Part shown: positions 55,362 through 64,000 of the stretch, one piece after another
Position numbering within the stretch: position 1 is the stretch's first letter
Layout of the letters: each line of letters starts with the position of its first letter
Source: Anaerolineae bacterium
Lineage (GTDB): Bacteria > Chloroflexota > Anaerolineae > CAZYHC01
Length of the DNA: 64,000 bases
Direction: 5' to 3'
NCBI GenBank assembly: GCA_034417895.1
Contig: DAOULT010000092.1
Span: 3,220 to 67,219 of the forward strand
Translations under genes and position numbers: made by a program
Notes under the pieces: generated by a model
Told to the model about the DNA's origin: nothing
Databases searched by the model: none
The model's input: only the letters and a program-made list of their open reading frames with translations

Positions 55362-56348
55362 ATGCGCTTAATGGAACTGGCTGGAGCGGCCCACAAAGCA
55401 GTGGGTTTCTGCGCCAAACTCCAGGAAGGCGAAAACGTCCTGGTGTTGGCTGATACCATCGTGGCGCGGGAGTTGATCGACGCTTTAGCCAACGCCGCCT
55501 ATAGCCTGGGCGGCCAGACCCAGATCATGATCATGGAAACCCGCCCGCAGATCAACCTGGAGCCGCCGCCGGCGGTGGCGGCTGCCATGGAAGCCTCTGA
55601 CCTGGTGCTCGACCTGCTGACCCAGTACATCATCCACACCGACACCTACCGCCAGGTGCGCCAGTCGGGCAGCCGCATCCTGTGCGGCACGGGCATCACC
55701 GAAGACATAATGATCCGTATGGTTGGCCGGGTCGATTACGAAAAGATGACCGTGCGGGGCCAACGCCTGACTAAGCTTTTTGAAGAGGCCGAAGAGTGTC
55801 GGATCGAGACCGCCCTGGGCACCTCGCTGACCATGAGCGTCAAAGGTCGGCCTGCGCTCTTACGCAGCGGCATGTTGGAAGGGCCGGGCGACCTGGATTA
55901 CATGCCTGGGGCCCAGGTTTCGATGGCCGCCGTAGAGGATACTATCAACGGTACGCTGGTGGTCGATGGCAACCTTTACCCGCCCGTCGGCCTGCTGGAT
56001 GCGCCGGTCACGCTTACTCTGGAGAAGGGCCGGGTGGTGGACATCCAGGGCGGGAGCCAGGCCCGCGCCTGGCAGACCTGGCTGGAGCACTTCGACGACC
56101 CCAAGATGTTCTACCAGGCCCACATCTCCATTGGAATGAACCCCGGCGCCAGGCTGGGAGGCAACATCCTGGAGGATGAGCGCATGATGGGCGTCTTCAC
56201 GATGGGCTTTGGCTCCCAGTTGGAGTTTTTCCGGGGGGCGGTAGGCAAAGCCTCGTCCCACACGGATAGCGTCACCACCAACCCCACCGTTTACCTGGAC
56301 GGCAAGGCGGTGGTGGAAAATGGGCAATTCGTGGGCGATTTAGCGTGA
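55362..56348 (+). CDS. putative M29-type (AmpS/aminopeptidase T-like) aminopeptidase
   Basis: The N-terminal block AHKAVGFCAKLQEGENVLVLAD...AAYSLGG resembles the AmpS N-terminus. Lies upstream of a peptide importer. A weak call. Confidence 0.4.
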   Translation: MRLMELAGAAHKAVGFCAKLQEGENVLVLADTIVARELIDALANAAYSLGGQTQIMIMETRPQINLEPPPAVAAAMEASDLVLDLLTQYIIHTDTYRQVRQSGSRILCGTGITEDIMIRMVGRVDYEKMTVRGQRLTKLFEEAEECRIETALGTSLTMSVKGRPALLRSGMLEGPGDLDYMPGAQVSMAAVEDTINGTLVVDGNLYPPVGLLDAPVTLTLEKGRVVDIQGGSQARAWQTWLEHFDDPKMFYQAHISIGMNPGARLGGNILEDERMMGVFTMGFGSQLEFFRGAVGKASSHTDSVTTNPTVYLDGKAVVENGQFVGDLA

Positions 56349-56548
56349 GGTACAACAACGAACATTAGAATTTAACGAACTGATCCGTTTTTCACATGCT
56401 CGGATGAACCTACAGATGCAATGAGCAACGACAGCTTTGAGGGGAAATACTATTGATAGCACTGCCAGCGTTCGTTCAATTCTCTCGTTCGTTCGTTTAA
56501 TTCTCTCGTTCGTTGTTGATCGTAGTGCCAGGCACCTGGAGGTGAGAG

Positions 56549-57250
56549 ATGATAAAAATCGGGGTGTTGCGGGTACTTTCCACCGAGGATCAGGACTTCC
56601 TGAAGGCGCATGGGCGTCTGATAGAGGCTCTCGTCCCGGTGCAGACCGTCAGCCGTTGCATCCAGGGCCATCCGCAAGGTCTGTGGAACGAGGAGGAGGA
56701 AATCAAGGCTTTGCCTGAAATCGTCTCCCTGGGCCGCATGATGGCTGAAGAGGATGGCATCGCCGTCCTGGTGGTCAGTTGCGCCGCCGATCCGGGCGTC
56801 CGCGAGTTGCGGCGAGAGGTCAGCATCCCCGTGCTGGGGGCAGGGTCGGCGGGGGCGGCCATGGCTTTGGCTCTGGGTCGTGCGGTGGGGGTGCTAGGTA
56901 TCACCGACTACATCTTGCGGCCCATCCAGGAGCTTCTGGGGGAGAGGATCGTAGCCAACGTGCGGCCCACCGGCGTGCACACTGCGCTCGATCTGATGAC
57001 GGAGGAAGGACGACAAGGACTCATGGAGGCCGGGCAAAAACTGTTAGAGGCCGGAGCAGAGGTTATCCTTTTGGCCTGTACCGGCTTTTCGCCCATCGAA
57101 GCAGCCACCCTCCTGACGGAGCAGCTAAAAGTGCCTGTGATCGATCCCTTGCTGGCCGCCGGCCTGATGGCCTACCAATTAGCCCGGAAATCAAAAAGGA
57201 TCAACAACGAACACCAGAAAAACAGCGAAGGAGTTCACTCGCAGCGGTGA
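56549..57250 (+). CDS. Asp/Glu/hydantoin racemase-family protein
   Basis: Two pseudo-symmetric halves with conserved Cys-containing motifs (VVSCAADPG and LLACTGFS). Confidence 0.65.
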   Translation: MIKIGVLRVLSTEDQDFLKAHGRLIEALVPVQTVSRCIQGHPQGLWNEEEEIKALPEIVSLGRMMAEEDGIAVLVVSCAADPGVRELRREVSIPVLGAGSAGAAMALALGRAVGVLGITDYILRPIQELLGERIVANVRPTGVHTALDLMTEEGRQGLMEAGQKLLEAGAEVILLACTGFSPIEAATLLTEQLKVPVIDPLLAAGLMAYQLARKSKRINNEHQKNSEGVHSQR

Positions 57251-57453
57251 AACCCGAACAAATGCTCCGCCCTCCAACAGAGCGCCTGGATGGGCAGAAT
57301 TGTGTTCGTTGTCTTCTGTCGTTCGTTGTCGATCTGTCGGCGTGAATAGGTTTTATCCTGGCCCAAGTTAAAGAAAGGAGGGGTGCCTATCGAAAGACAT
57401 AAGGGAAGTATCGTCAGCAAATAATCACCTTAGCAAGATGAAGGAGGAGACAG

Positions 57454-59043
57454 ATGCGTAAGAGAATGCTTATCAATCTGGTAGTAGTGTTTTCGCTGTT
57501 GCTGATCCTGGCACCGGGGTTGAGCGGGGCGCAGGAAGAATTGTCTATAATCTACGCCACCCAACAAACGACCGTCACCCTCGACCCGGCCCTGCACGTC
57601 GATGAGACCGAGTGTTTTCACATCATGAACACCTACGATCCCCTGGTCTGGCCGGTAAAAGGAGGTGCGCCCAAATCCCATCTGGCCGAGAGTTGGGAGG
57701 TGTCCGAGGACGGCCTGACCTACACCTTCTACCTGCGCAAAGGCGTCCTCTTCCACGATGGCAGCGAACTGACCGCCGAAGACGTGGTGTTTAGCATGGA
57801 CCGCATGTTGACCATGGCCAAGGGCTTCTCCTGGCTGTGGAAAGACATCCTGGAAGTAGGCAGCACCCAGGCCGTTGACGATTATACCGTGGCCTTCAAC
57901 CTGAGCAAGCCTTACGGCCCCTTCCTGGCTACCCTGGTGCAGTTCTTCGTGGTCAACAAGGACCTTTTGATGGAGAACATGGAAGCAGAAGGGGATTACG
58001 GCGAGATGGGCGACTACGGCACGACCTTCCTGACGCAGCAAGATGCCGGGTCTGGCCCCTACTACGTGGAAACCATCGAGCCGGGCACCAGGACCGTCTT
58101 CCTCAAGTTCGACGACTACTGGGGCGGCTGGGAGGAGGGCCAGGTGGAAAAAGCCACCTTCCTGATCGTCAGCGAGCTTGCCACCCAGAAGCTCATGCTC
58201 CAGAAAGGTGAGGTAGACTTCATCGAGCAGTGGCACATCCCAGAGACCTTCGCCGAGCTTAAAGAGTCAGAAGGCGTAGTGGTGGAAGAAGACCCTAACG
58301 TCCAGCTCTTCTTCCTGAGCATGAACAACCAGAAAGCTCCCCTGGACAACGTTGACGTGCGCAAGGCCATCTCCTACGCTTTCGACTACGACACCGCCAC
58401 CAACGTCATCTTTGGCGGGGCGGCCCAGGCTCAAGGGCCGGTGCCCAACCTGTTGCCCGGCCATAAGGACGGCGTTTTCGTCTACCACCAGGACGTGGAC
58501 GAGGCTAAAAAGCACCTGGAGATGTCAGGTATCGATCCTGGGGCCATCAAGCTGAACTACGTGTACGTGACCGGCCTGGAATCAGAAGAGAAGATCGGCC
58601 TGCTCTTGCAAAACAACCTCAAGGAACTGGGCATCGAGATGGAGATGCAGCCGGAGCCCTGGGCACGCATGGTGGAGTTGGCAGCCCAGGCCGATACCGC
58701 GCCGCACTTCATGGCTATCTTCCACACGGCCAAATACCCTTCGCCTGACGGCCACACCTATATGATGTTCCACCCCAACGCCTGGGGCAACTACATGTCG
58801 ACCAGTTGGTATGAGAACGACGAGGTCAGCAAACTGTGCGAGGAGGCGCGGGCTACCGTTGACCCCGAAAAACAGTTCGAACTCTACGGCCAGGCCCAGG
58901 AGATCGTGGTGGACGAGGCCGGGGCCCTGTTCATCGCCAACCCGCTGCACCGCATGGCCCACCGCGAGCGGGTCACAGGCTACACCTTCGTCGGCGTGTT
59001 GGGCTACGACCTGACCTGGTATCCGATGCGCATCGCCGAGTAA
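57454..59043 (+). CDS. ABC transporter substrate-binding protein, family 5 (peptide/nickel; DppA/OppA-like)
   Basis: Signal peptide LILAPGLSGAQE. SBP_bac_5 length and conserved Trp pattern. Confidence 0.8.
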   Translation: MRKRMLINLVVVFSLLLILAPGLSGAQEELSIIYATQQTTVTLDPALHVDETECFHIMNTYDPLVWPVKGGAPKSHLAESWEVSEDGLTYTFYLRKGVLFHDGSELTAEDVVFSMDRMLTMAKGFSWLWKDILEVGSTQAVDDYTVAFNLSKPYGPFLATLVQFFVVNKDLLMENMEAEGDYGEMGDYGTTFLTQQDAGSGPYYVETIEPGTRTVFLKFDDYWGGWEEGQVEKATFLIVSELATQKLMLQKGEVDFIEQWHIPETFAELKESEGVVVEEDPNVQLFFLSMNNQKAPLDNVDVRKAISYAFDYDTATNVIFGGAAQAQGPVPNLLPGHKDGVFVYHQDVDEAKKHLEMSGIDPGAIKLNYVYVTGLESEEKIGLLLQNNLKELGIEMEMQPEPWARMVELAAQADTAPHFMAIFHTAKYPSPDGHTYMMFHPNAWGNYMSTSWYENDEVSKLCEEARATVDPEKQFELYGQAQEIVVDEAGALFIANPLHRMAHRERVTGYTFVGVLGYDLTWYPMRIAE

Positions 59044-59121
59044 AGGACTTTCGCTTCACGAAGAATCGGGGCAGATTTCGTTCAAAGCGAGATCTGCCCC
59101 GGCAGTTAAAGGAGGTTCTGT

Positions 59122-60153
59122 TTGAGATATCGCGACTATTTGTTGCGACGGCTGCTATATACCATCCCGGCCCTTATTGGTCTCTCGATGCTCATTTTTG
59201 CCATCGCCCGCGTCATGCCCGGCGACCCGGCCCGGCTGGCCCTGGGGCCAGAAGCCACCAAAGAACAGGTAGAGCAACTGCGAGAAGAGATGGGCCTTAA
59301 TTTGCCCATCCACGTTCAGTATGTGCATTACATGGGGGGCGTCTTTCGGGGCAAGCTTGGCAAATCTCTCTACACTCACCGTGACGTGATGATCGACCTG
59401 CGGGAGTATTTCCCGGCCACCCTGGAGTTGACCACCGTGGCTATGATCATCTCCGTGGTGTTGGGCATCCCCTTGGGCATCATCTCGGCCATACGCAAGG
59501 ATAAATGGGAGGATCACACTTCACGGGTGTTTGCCATGTCGGGCGTTTCCATGCCCCGCTTCTGGATTGGCATTTTGTTCCAACTGGTGTTATCGTATCA
59601 CCTGGGATGGCTGCCCGTCATCGGACGCATCGACAGCGACCTCGACCCGCCCACCAAAATCACGGGCCTGTTCATCCTGGACAGCCTGCTGACCGGCAAC
59701 TGGCTCATCTTGGGCAATTCTGTGCAGCACATCATCATGCCCGCTCTCACCCTGGCCCTATCGCCCATTGCCCAGATCATGCGCGTGGTGCGGGCCAGCA
59801 TGATCGAGCAGATGCGCAAAGGCTACATCCTGACCGCCAGAGCCAACGGCATGCCCGAAAATTTGCTGGTCTGGCGCTACATGCTGAAAAACTCCTTCAT
59901 CGCCACCCTGACCATCATCGGCCTGCTGTATGGCTTCTTTCTGGGTGGGGCCTTTGTGGTGGAGACGGTCTTTTCCTGGCCGGGGATGGCCCGTTATGGG
60001 GTGCGAGCTTTCATCTACAGGGATTTTAACGTTATCATTGCCGTAGTGCTGGTCATCGCCCTCGCCTACGCCATCATCAACATCCTGGTCGATATGGCCT
60101 ATGGCTTGCTGGATCCGCGCATCAGGCTGGGGGTCGAAGCGAGGGAGACGTGA
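59122..60153 (+). CDS. ABC transporter permease (DppB/OppB-like)
   Basis: Six TM helices. EAA-like loop. Confidence 0.8.
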   Translation: MRYRDYLLRRLLYTIPALIGLSMLIFAIARVMPGDPARLALGPEATKEQVEQLREEMGLNLPIHVQYVHYMGGVFRGKLGKSLYTHRDVMIDLREYFPATLELTTVAMIISVVLGIPLGIISAIRKDKWEDHTSRVFAMSGVSMPRFWIGILFQLVLSYHLGWLPVIGRIDSDLDPPTKITGLFILDSLLTGNWLILGNSVQHIIMPALTLALSPIAQIMRVVRASMIEQMRKGYILTARANGMPENLLVWRYMLKNSFIATLTIIGLLYGFFLGGAFVVETVFSWPGMARYGVRAFIYRDFNVIIAVVLVIALAYAIINILVDMAYGLLDPRIRLGVEARET

Positions 60154-61094
60154 GCGAGATGGAGATAGAAGCGGAAGCTGAGGTTGAGGTCAGGCAATAC
60201 GAAGCCCGTTTCGAGGATTTACGGCGCACCCTGCACCGCCTGCGGAGCAGCACTCTCTCCCTGGTCGGGCTGGCTATCGTGCTGGCCCTGGTTTTGATCG
60301 CCGTCTTTGCCCCTCAGATAGCGCCCTACCCTGAGGACGTGGACTCCGTCCATTTCGAGCGGGTCTTCAACCCCCCCGGCGGCCAATTCCTGTTCGGCAC
60401 CGACGAGGTGGGCCGTGACGTGCTGAGCCGGGTTATCTTTGGCACCCGCATCTCTCTCATCCTGGGAGCGGTGGTGCTGACCATCGGGCTGCTCATCGGC
60501 GTGCCGCTGGGGCTGCTGGCCGGGTACATGGGCGGCTGGGTGAACACCATCATCATGCGCCTGACCGACATCTTTTTGTCCATTCCGGCGGTGGTGTTGG
60601 CCCTGGCCTTCAGCGCCGTGCTCCCGGCTTTTGAACAGAATCCCTTTTTCAAAGAGATCTTCAGCCGTTGGCCCTGGTCAATCAGCATCATCGCCATTAC
60701 CCTCAGTTGGTGGCCGTGGTACACCCGCCTGATGCAAGGGCTGGTGCTGTCCATTAAAGAAGAAACCTACGTGGAAGCCAGCCGCTCGGCGGGGGCCGGA
60801 GCAGTCTACATCGTTTTCAAGGAGATTCTGCCCAACTGCCTGTCTATCCTGATCGTCAAGGTCACTCTCGACGTTGGTTATGCCATCCTGACCGGGGCGG
60901 TGCTCGGCTTCCTGGGCATGGGGGTTCGTCCGCCCATTCCCGAATGGGGCACGATGGCTAGCCAGGGCCGGTTGCATCTTCCCACCCGCTGGTGGCTGAC
61001 CACTTTCCCCGGATTGGCTATCTTCGTCACCGTGCTGGGCTTCAACCTGCTGGGCGATGGCCTGCGAGACGCTTTCGACGTGGAGTTGGAGTGA
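60150..61094 (+). CDS. ABC transporter permease (DppC/OppC-like)
   Basis: Six TM helices. Stop overlaps the next start (ATGA). Confidence 0.8.
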   Translation: MSEMEIEAEAEVEVRQYEARFEDLRRTLHRLRSSTLSLVGLAIVLALVLIAVFAPQIAPYPEDVDSVHFERVFNPPGGQFLFGTDEVGRDVLSRVIFGTRISLILGAVVLTIGLLIGVPLGLLAGYMGGWVNTIIMRLTDIFLSIPAVVLALAFSAVLPAFEQNPFFKEIFSRWPWSISIIAITLSWWPWYTRLMQGLVLSIKEETYVEASRSAGAGAVYIVFKEILPNCLSILIVKVTLDVGYAILTGAVLGFLGMGVRPPIPEWGTMASQGRLHLPTRWWLTTFPGLAIFVTVLGFNLLGDGLRDAFDVELE

Positions 61095-62104
61095 TGATTC
61101 TGGAAATCCATGATCTAAAAGTTCATTTTGACGTTTTCGAGGGTGAGGCCAAAGTCCTGAACGGCATCGACCTGTACGTGGCTGAAGGGGAAACGGTCTC
61201 CCTGGTGGGGGAAACCGGCTGCGGCAAATCGGTCACGATCAAGACCGTGTTGCGCACTCTGCCCGTGCCGCCGGGCCGCATCGTCAGTGGCCGGGTTATT
61301 TACAAGGGGCGCGACCTGCTAGGCATGAACATCAAGGAGTTACACACTCTGCGGGGCCGAGAGATCGCCCTCATTCCCCAGGAGCCCATGACTTCCCTGA
61401 ACCCGGTGTTCACCGTCGAAGAGCAATTGACGGAGCTAATCAAGTGGCAGGGGCGTTACACCGTGGGCTGGACCGAAAGGTTCAGGCAAGGCTTTAACCG
61501 CAATGGCAACCGAGAAGCCTACCAGAAAGGCATCGCCCTGCTGGAGAAGACCAACATTCCCGACCCGGTGCGGGTGATGAAAAGCTATCCGGTAGAACTT
61601 TCCGGGGGCATGATTCAGCGGGTGCTGATCTCGATGGCCCTGGCTGGCAACCCCTCCCTGTTGATCGCCGACGAGCCGGGCACGGCCCTGGACGTGACCA
61701 CTCAGGATCAAATCCTGAACCTGCTGGAAGAAAGGGTGCTCGGTGAAAACCTGGCCGTGCTATACATCACCCATAACCTGGGCGTGGCCCGCCAGATGAG
61801 CCGCCGCATCTACGTCATGTACGGCGGCGACATAGTGGAAGTGGGCAGCACCAAAGAACTGTTCCACGATCCCCAACATCCATATACTCAGGGACTCCTG
61901 ACCTCCATACCCAAACTGACCGGCGATGAGGTGAAAGGTATTGATGGCCGCATCCCTGACTATCTGGACCCGCCACCGGGCTGTCGCTTTCACCCCCGTT
62001 GTCCACACGTCATGCCCATCTGCCCCCGCCAGAAACCGGCCCCCGTCTCTCTGGCGGCAGGCCATCTGGTAGCCTGTCATCTTTACAATGAGAAGGATAA
62101 ATGA
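61094..62104 (+). CDS. ABC transporter ATP-binding protein (DppD/OppD-like) with C-terminal oligopeptide domain
   Basis: Walker A GETGCGKS. Signature LSGGMIQRV. Start trimmed to MILEIHDLKV at 61094. Confidence 0.85.
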   Translation: MILEIHDLKVHFDVFEGEAKVLNGIDLYVAEGETVSLVGETGCGKSVTIKTVLRTLPVPPGRIVSGRVIYKGRDLLGMNIKELHTLRGREIALIPQEPMTSLNPVFTVEEQLTELIKWQGRYTVGWTERFRQGFNRNGNREAYQKGIALLEKTNIPDPVRVMKSYPVELSGGMIQRVLISMALAGNPSLLIADEPGTALDVTTQDQILNLLEERVLGENLAVLYITHNLGVARQMSRRIYVMYGGDIVEVGSTKELFHDPQHPYTQGLLTSIPKLTGDEVKGIDGRIPDYLDPPPGCRFHPRCPHVMPICPRQKPAPVSLAAGHLVACHLYNEKDK

Positions 62105-63102
62105 CCACCCTGCTAAGAGTTCAAAATCTCAAAAAGTACTTTCCCATCACCGAGGGCCTCTTCAACCGACAGGTGGGCACGGTCAAAGCGGTGAACGACG
62201 TGTCCTTCACCATCATGGAAGGGGAAACCTTCGCCCTGGTGGGGGAATCCGGTTCGGGCAAAACGACAGCCGGGAAAGCCGTTATCCGCCTCACCCGGCC
62301 TAGCGGCGGCCAGATATGGTTTGACGGGGTCGATCTGGCTCCCCTGGCCGAAAGCCAGTTGAAAGAGTGGCGCCGCCAGATGCAGATGGTTTTCCAGGAC
62401 CCGGCGGCTTCGCTCAACCCCCGCCGTCGGGTGACGGACGTTATCGCCACTCCCCTGGAAGTGCACGGCGTAGGTACACGCCAGGAAAGGCTGCAACGAG
62501 TCCGAGACCTGTTGGACGTGGTGGAACTGCCGCACAAGTACATGTACAGCTATCCCCACGCCCTGAGCGGCGGCCAGAAACAGCGCGTGGCTATTGCCCG
62601 CGCTCTGGCTTTGCACCCCCGTTTCGTGGTGTTAGACGAGCCTACTTCGGCCCTGGATGTCTCGGTGCAGGCCAAAATCCTGGCTCTCTTGAAGTACCTG
62701 CAACAAGAGTTCAGGCTGACCTATCTGCTGGTTTCCCACGATCTCAGCGTGGTCAAAAACGTTTCCGACCGCATCGCCGTCATGTATCTGGGCAAAATCG
62801 TGGAACAGGCTTCCACTGCCGCTTTGTTCCGCAACCCCTTGCATCCCTACACTATAGCTCTGCTGTCGGCCATCCCGGTGGTCTCCGACGAAGAAATCGA
62901 CCTGATACCGGAGAAAGCAGTCCTGGAGGGAGATATCCCCAGCCCGGCCAGCGTTCCGCCCGGCTGCGGCTTTCACACCCGCTGCTACATGAAAACGGAC
63001 CTCTGCCCCGCCCTGCCCCCGCGTTTAGTCGAAGTCGAGGCCGGCCATTACGTCGGTTGTCACCTGTTCGCCGCGCCTTCGCCCCCCGAGGAAGAATCCT
63101 GA
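62101..63102 (+). CDS. ABC transporter ATP-binding protein (DppF/OppF-like)
   Basis: Walker A GESGSGKT. LSGGQKQRV. C-terminal CxxxC oligopeptide-transporter tail. Confidence 0.85.
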   Translation: MTTLLRVQNLKKYFPITEGLFNRQVGTVKAVNDVSFTIMEGETFALVGESGSGKTTAGKAVIRLTRPSGGQIWFDGVDLAPLAESQLKEWRRQMQMVFQDPAASLNPRRRVTDVIATPLEVHGVGTRQERLQRVRDLLDVVELPHKYMYSYPHALSGGQKQRVAIARALALHPRFVVLDEPTSALDVSVQAKILALLKYLQQEFRLTYLLVSHDLSVVKNVSDRIAVMYLGKIVEQASTAALFRNPLHPYTIALLSAIPVVSDEEIDLIPEKAVLEGDIPSPASVPPGCGFHTRCYMKTDLCPALPPRLVEVEAGHYVGCHLFAAPSPPEEES

Positions 63103-63176
63103 AAGATTACCGATCGTGCCTCAAAATTTGACTTAACAGGATGTTTGCCTTATACTTATCTTCAAAGGAATATCTA

Positions 63177-63410
63177 ATGCCAACTATACTTCGCGTGGGG
63201 CGTTACCGCTTCCACTTCTTCAGCAACGAGGGCCAGGAACCTGCACACATACACGTTAAAGCTGGCAGTGACCAGGCAAAATTTTGGTTAAACCCCATTG
63301 AATTGGCCGCAAATTATGGTTTCAGGGGACACGAATTGAGTGAGATTGAGACAATTATCAAACAACATCAAACCCAATTGATAGGGGCGTGGAATGAATA
63401 CTTCAGTTGA
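63177..63410 (+). CDS. DUF4160-family small protein
   Basis: MPTILRVGRYRFHFFSNEGQEPAHIHV signature N-terminus. AAGGAA RBS. Confidence 0.6.
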   Translation: MPTILRVGRYRFHFFSNEGQEPAHIHVKAGSDQAKFWLNPIELAANYGFRGHELSEIETIIKQHQTQLIGAWNEYFS

Positions 63411-63681
63411 AACGAAACCAAAAATTCGACGGGCTTATGTACCTACCACCGCCCTAGCAAAATCGGTGCAATTTGATAATGATATGTTGCACGTTTACCT
63501 GCTAGACGGGCGAATTATCAGTGTGCCAATAATATGGTTTCCGTTGTTACACGAAGCGACGCCTGAACAGCAGGAGAAATATGAAATCGGTGGAGGAGGC
63601 GTCAGTTTGCATTGGCCTGAGCTTGACGAAGATATATCTGTCGCTAATCTGATGGCTGGTGCGGATTGGCGCTCTACCTAA
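63394..63681 (+). CDS. DUF2442-family small protein (partner of DUF4160)
   Basis: Overlaps the upstream gene by 17 nt. IWFPLLHEATPEQQEKYEIGGGGVSLHWPELDEDIS motif. Confidence 0.55.
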   Translation: MNTSVETKPKIRRAYVPTTALAKSVQFDNDMLHVYLLDGRIISVPIIWFPLLHEATPEQQEKYEIGGGGVSLHWPELDEDISVANLMAGADWRST

Positions 63682-63777
63682 ATTCAGCGTCGTGTAACAG
63701 AGTCGCAACCGATGCCCCTACGCTTCGGGCTAAAAATGGTGTTTTGTATTCACGGGCACGGGGGGCGCAATATAAAC

Positions 63778-63806
63778 TTGACAAGATAGTAGCTATAAAT
63801 TATAAT
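63778..63806 (+). promoter_or_regulatory. perfect-consensus sigma70 promoter (TTGACA-17-TATAAT)
   Basis: Read directly. Lies 50 nt upstream of the corrinoid-protein start. Confidence 0.6.
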
Positions 63807-63854
63807 CCCCTCCGTCTGGCTGCTCTTAAATTAACTCTTAGGGAGGAAGTTCTG

Positions 63855-64000
63855 ATGGCCGATTTAAACAAGATAGCAACCGCCTTGATTACAGGCAACG
63901 CCCCGGAGGTGAAAAAACTCACCGAAGAGGCCCTGACCGAAGGGGTGGATCCCCAGGTCATCGTCCAGCAAGCCCTCATCATTGGCATGATGGAAGTGGG
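63855..64000 (+). CDS. B12-binding (corrinoid) protein, N-terminal helical domain; 3' end outside window
   Basis: GGGAGGAAG RBS. MADLNKIATALITGNAPEVKKLTEEALTEGVDPQVIVQQALIIGMMEV matches the B12-binding_2 N-terminal cap of methyltransferase corrinoid proteins. Confidence 0.55.
   Translation, partial: MADLNKIATALITGNAPEVKKLTEEALTEGVDPQVIVQQALIIGMMEV

Overview
High-GC (~60%) bacterial chromosomal segment. It is most likely from a Chloroflexota-like monoderm, a lineage guess based on sortase/LPXTG, multi-GAF kinases and gene content. Almost every gene has a Shine-Dalgarno site. The window divides into five blocks. (1) 1-2.7 kb: a hypothetical protein, tatA and an orphan carbamoyltransferase. (2) ~2.7-30 kb: a large cell-surface glycan / exopolysaccharide island. 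It holds a sortase with an LPXTG substrate, a Wzc tyrosine autokinase, two Wzy/O-antigen-ligase-like membrane proteins, a Wzx flippase, a priming sugar-phosphate transferase, two GT4 glycosyltransferases and a GT9 heptosyltransferase. It also carries a complete GDP-D-glycero-alpha-D-manno-heptose pathway (transaldolase, GmhA, HddA, GmhB, HddC), a second HldE-type heptose kinase, SDR and Gfo/Idh/MocA redox enzymes, a zinc-ribbon SAM methyltransferase, a DUF354-like GT-B protein and a B12-binding radical SAM enzyme. (3) ~30-52 kb: signalling and regulation. There is an OmpR regulator, tRNA-Leu(UAG) and tRNA-Gly(GCC), a low-GC membrane protein, aroQ, a tandem-XRE regulator and a GAF histidine kinase. 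Two CheY-like receivers sit next to a divergent EF-G paralogue. A second B12-radical SAM enzyme and a LysMx3 / GH-like / CE4 deacetylase follow. The block ends with an operon of four receiver-domain proteins: REC-coiled-coil, REC-Ser/Thr kinase, REC-only, and a 1455-aa REC-6xGAF hybrid histidine kinase. (4) ~52.5-63.1 kb: a conserved-unknown catabolic cluster (DUF917-like, DUF1177-like, AroM, M29-like aminopeptidase, Asp/Glu/hydantoin racemase) followed by a five-gene Dpp/Opp-type peptide ABC importer. (5) A DUF4160/DUF2442 pair and a truncated B12-binding corrinoid protein. At least four families of short intergenic repeats are present, described under findings. No CRISPR array, rRNA or obvious transposase was seen. 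Many long ORFs in the six-frame track are antisense shadows of the real genes, as expected at this GC content.
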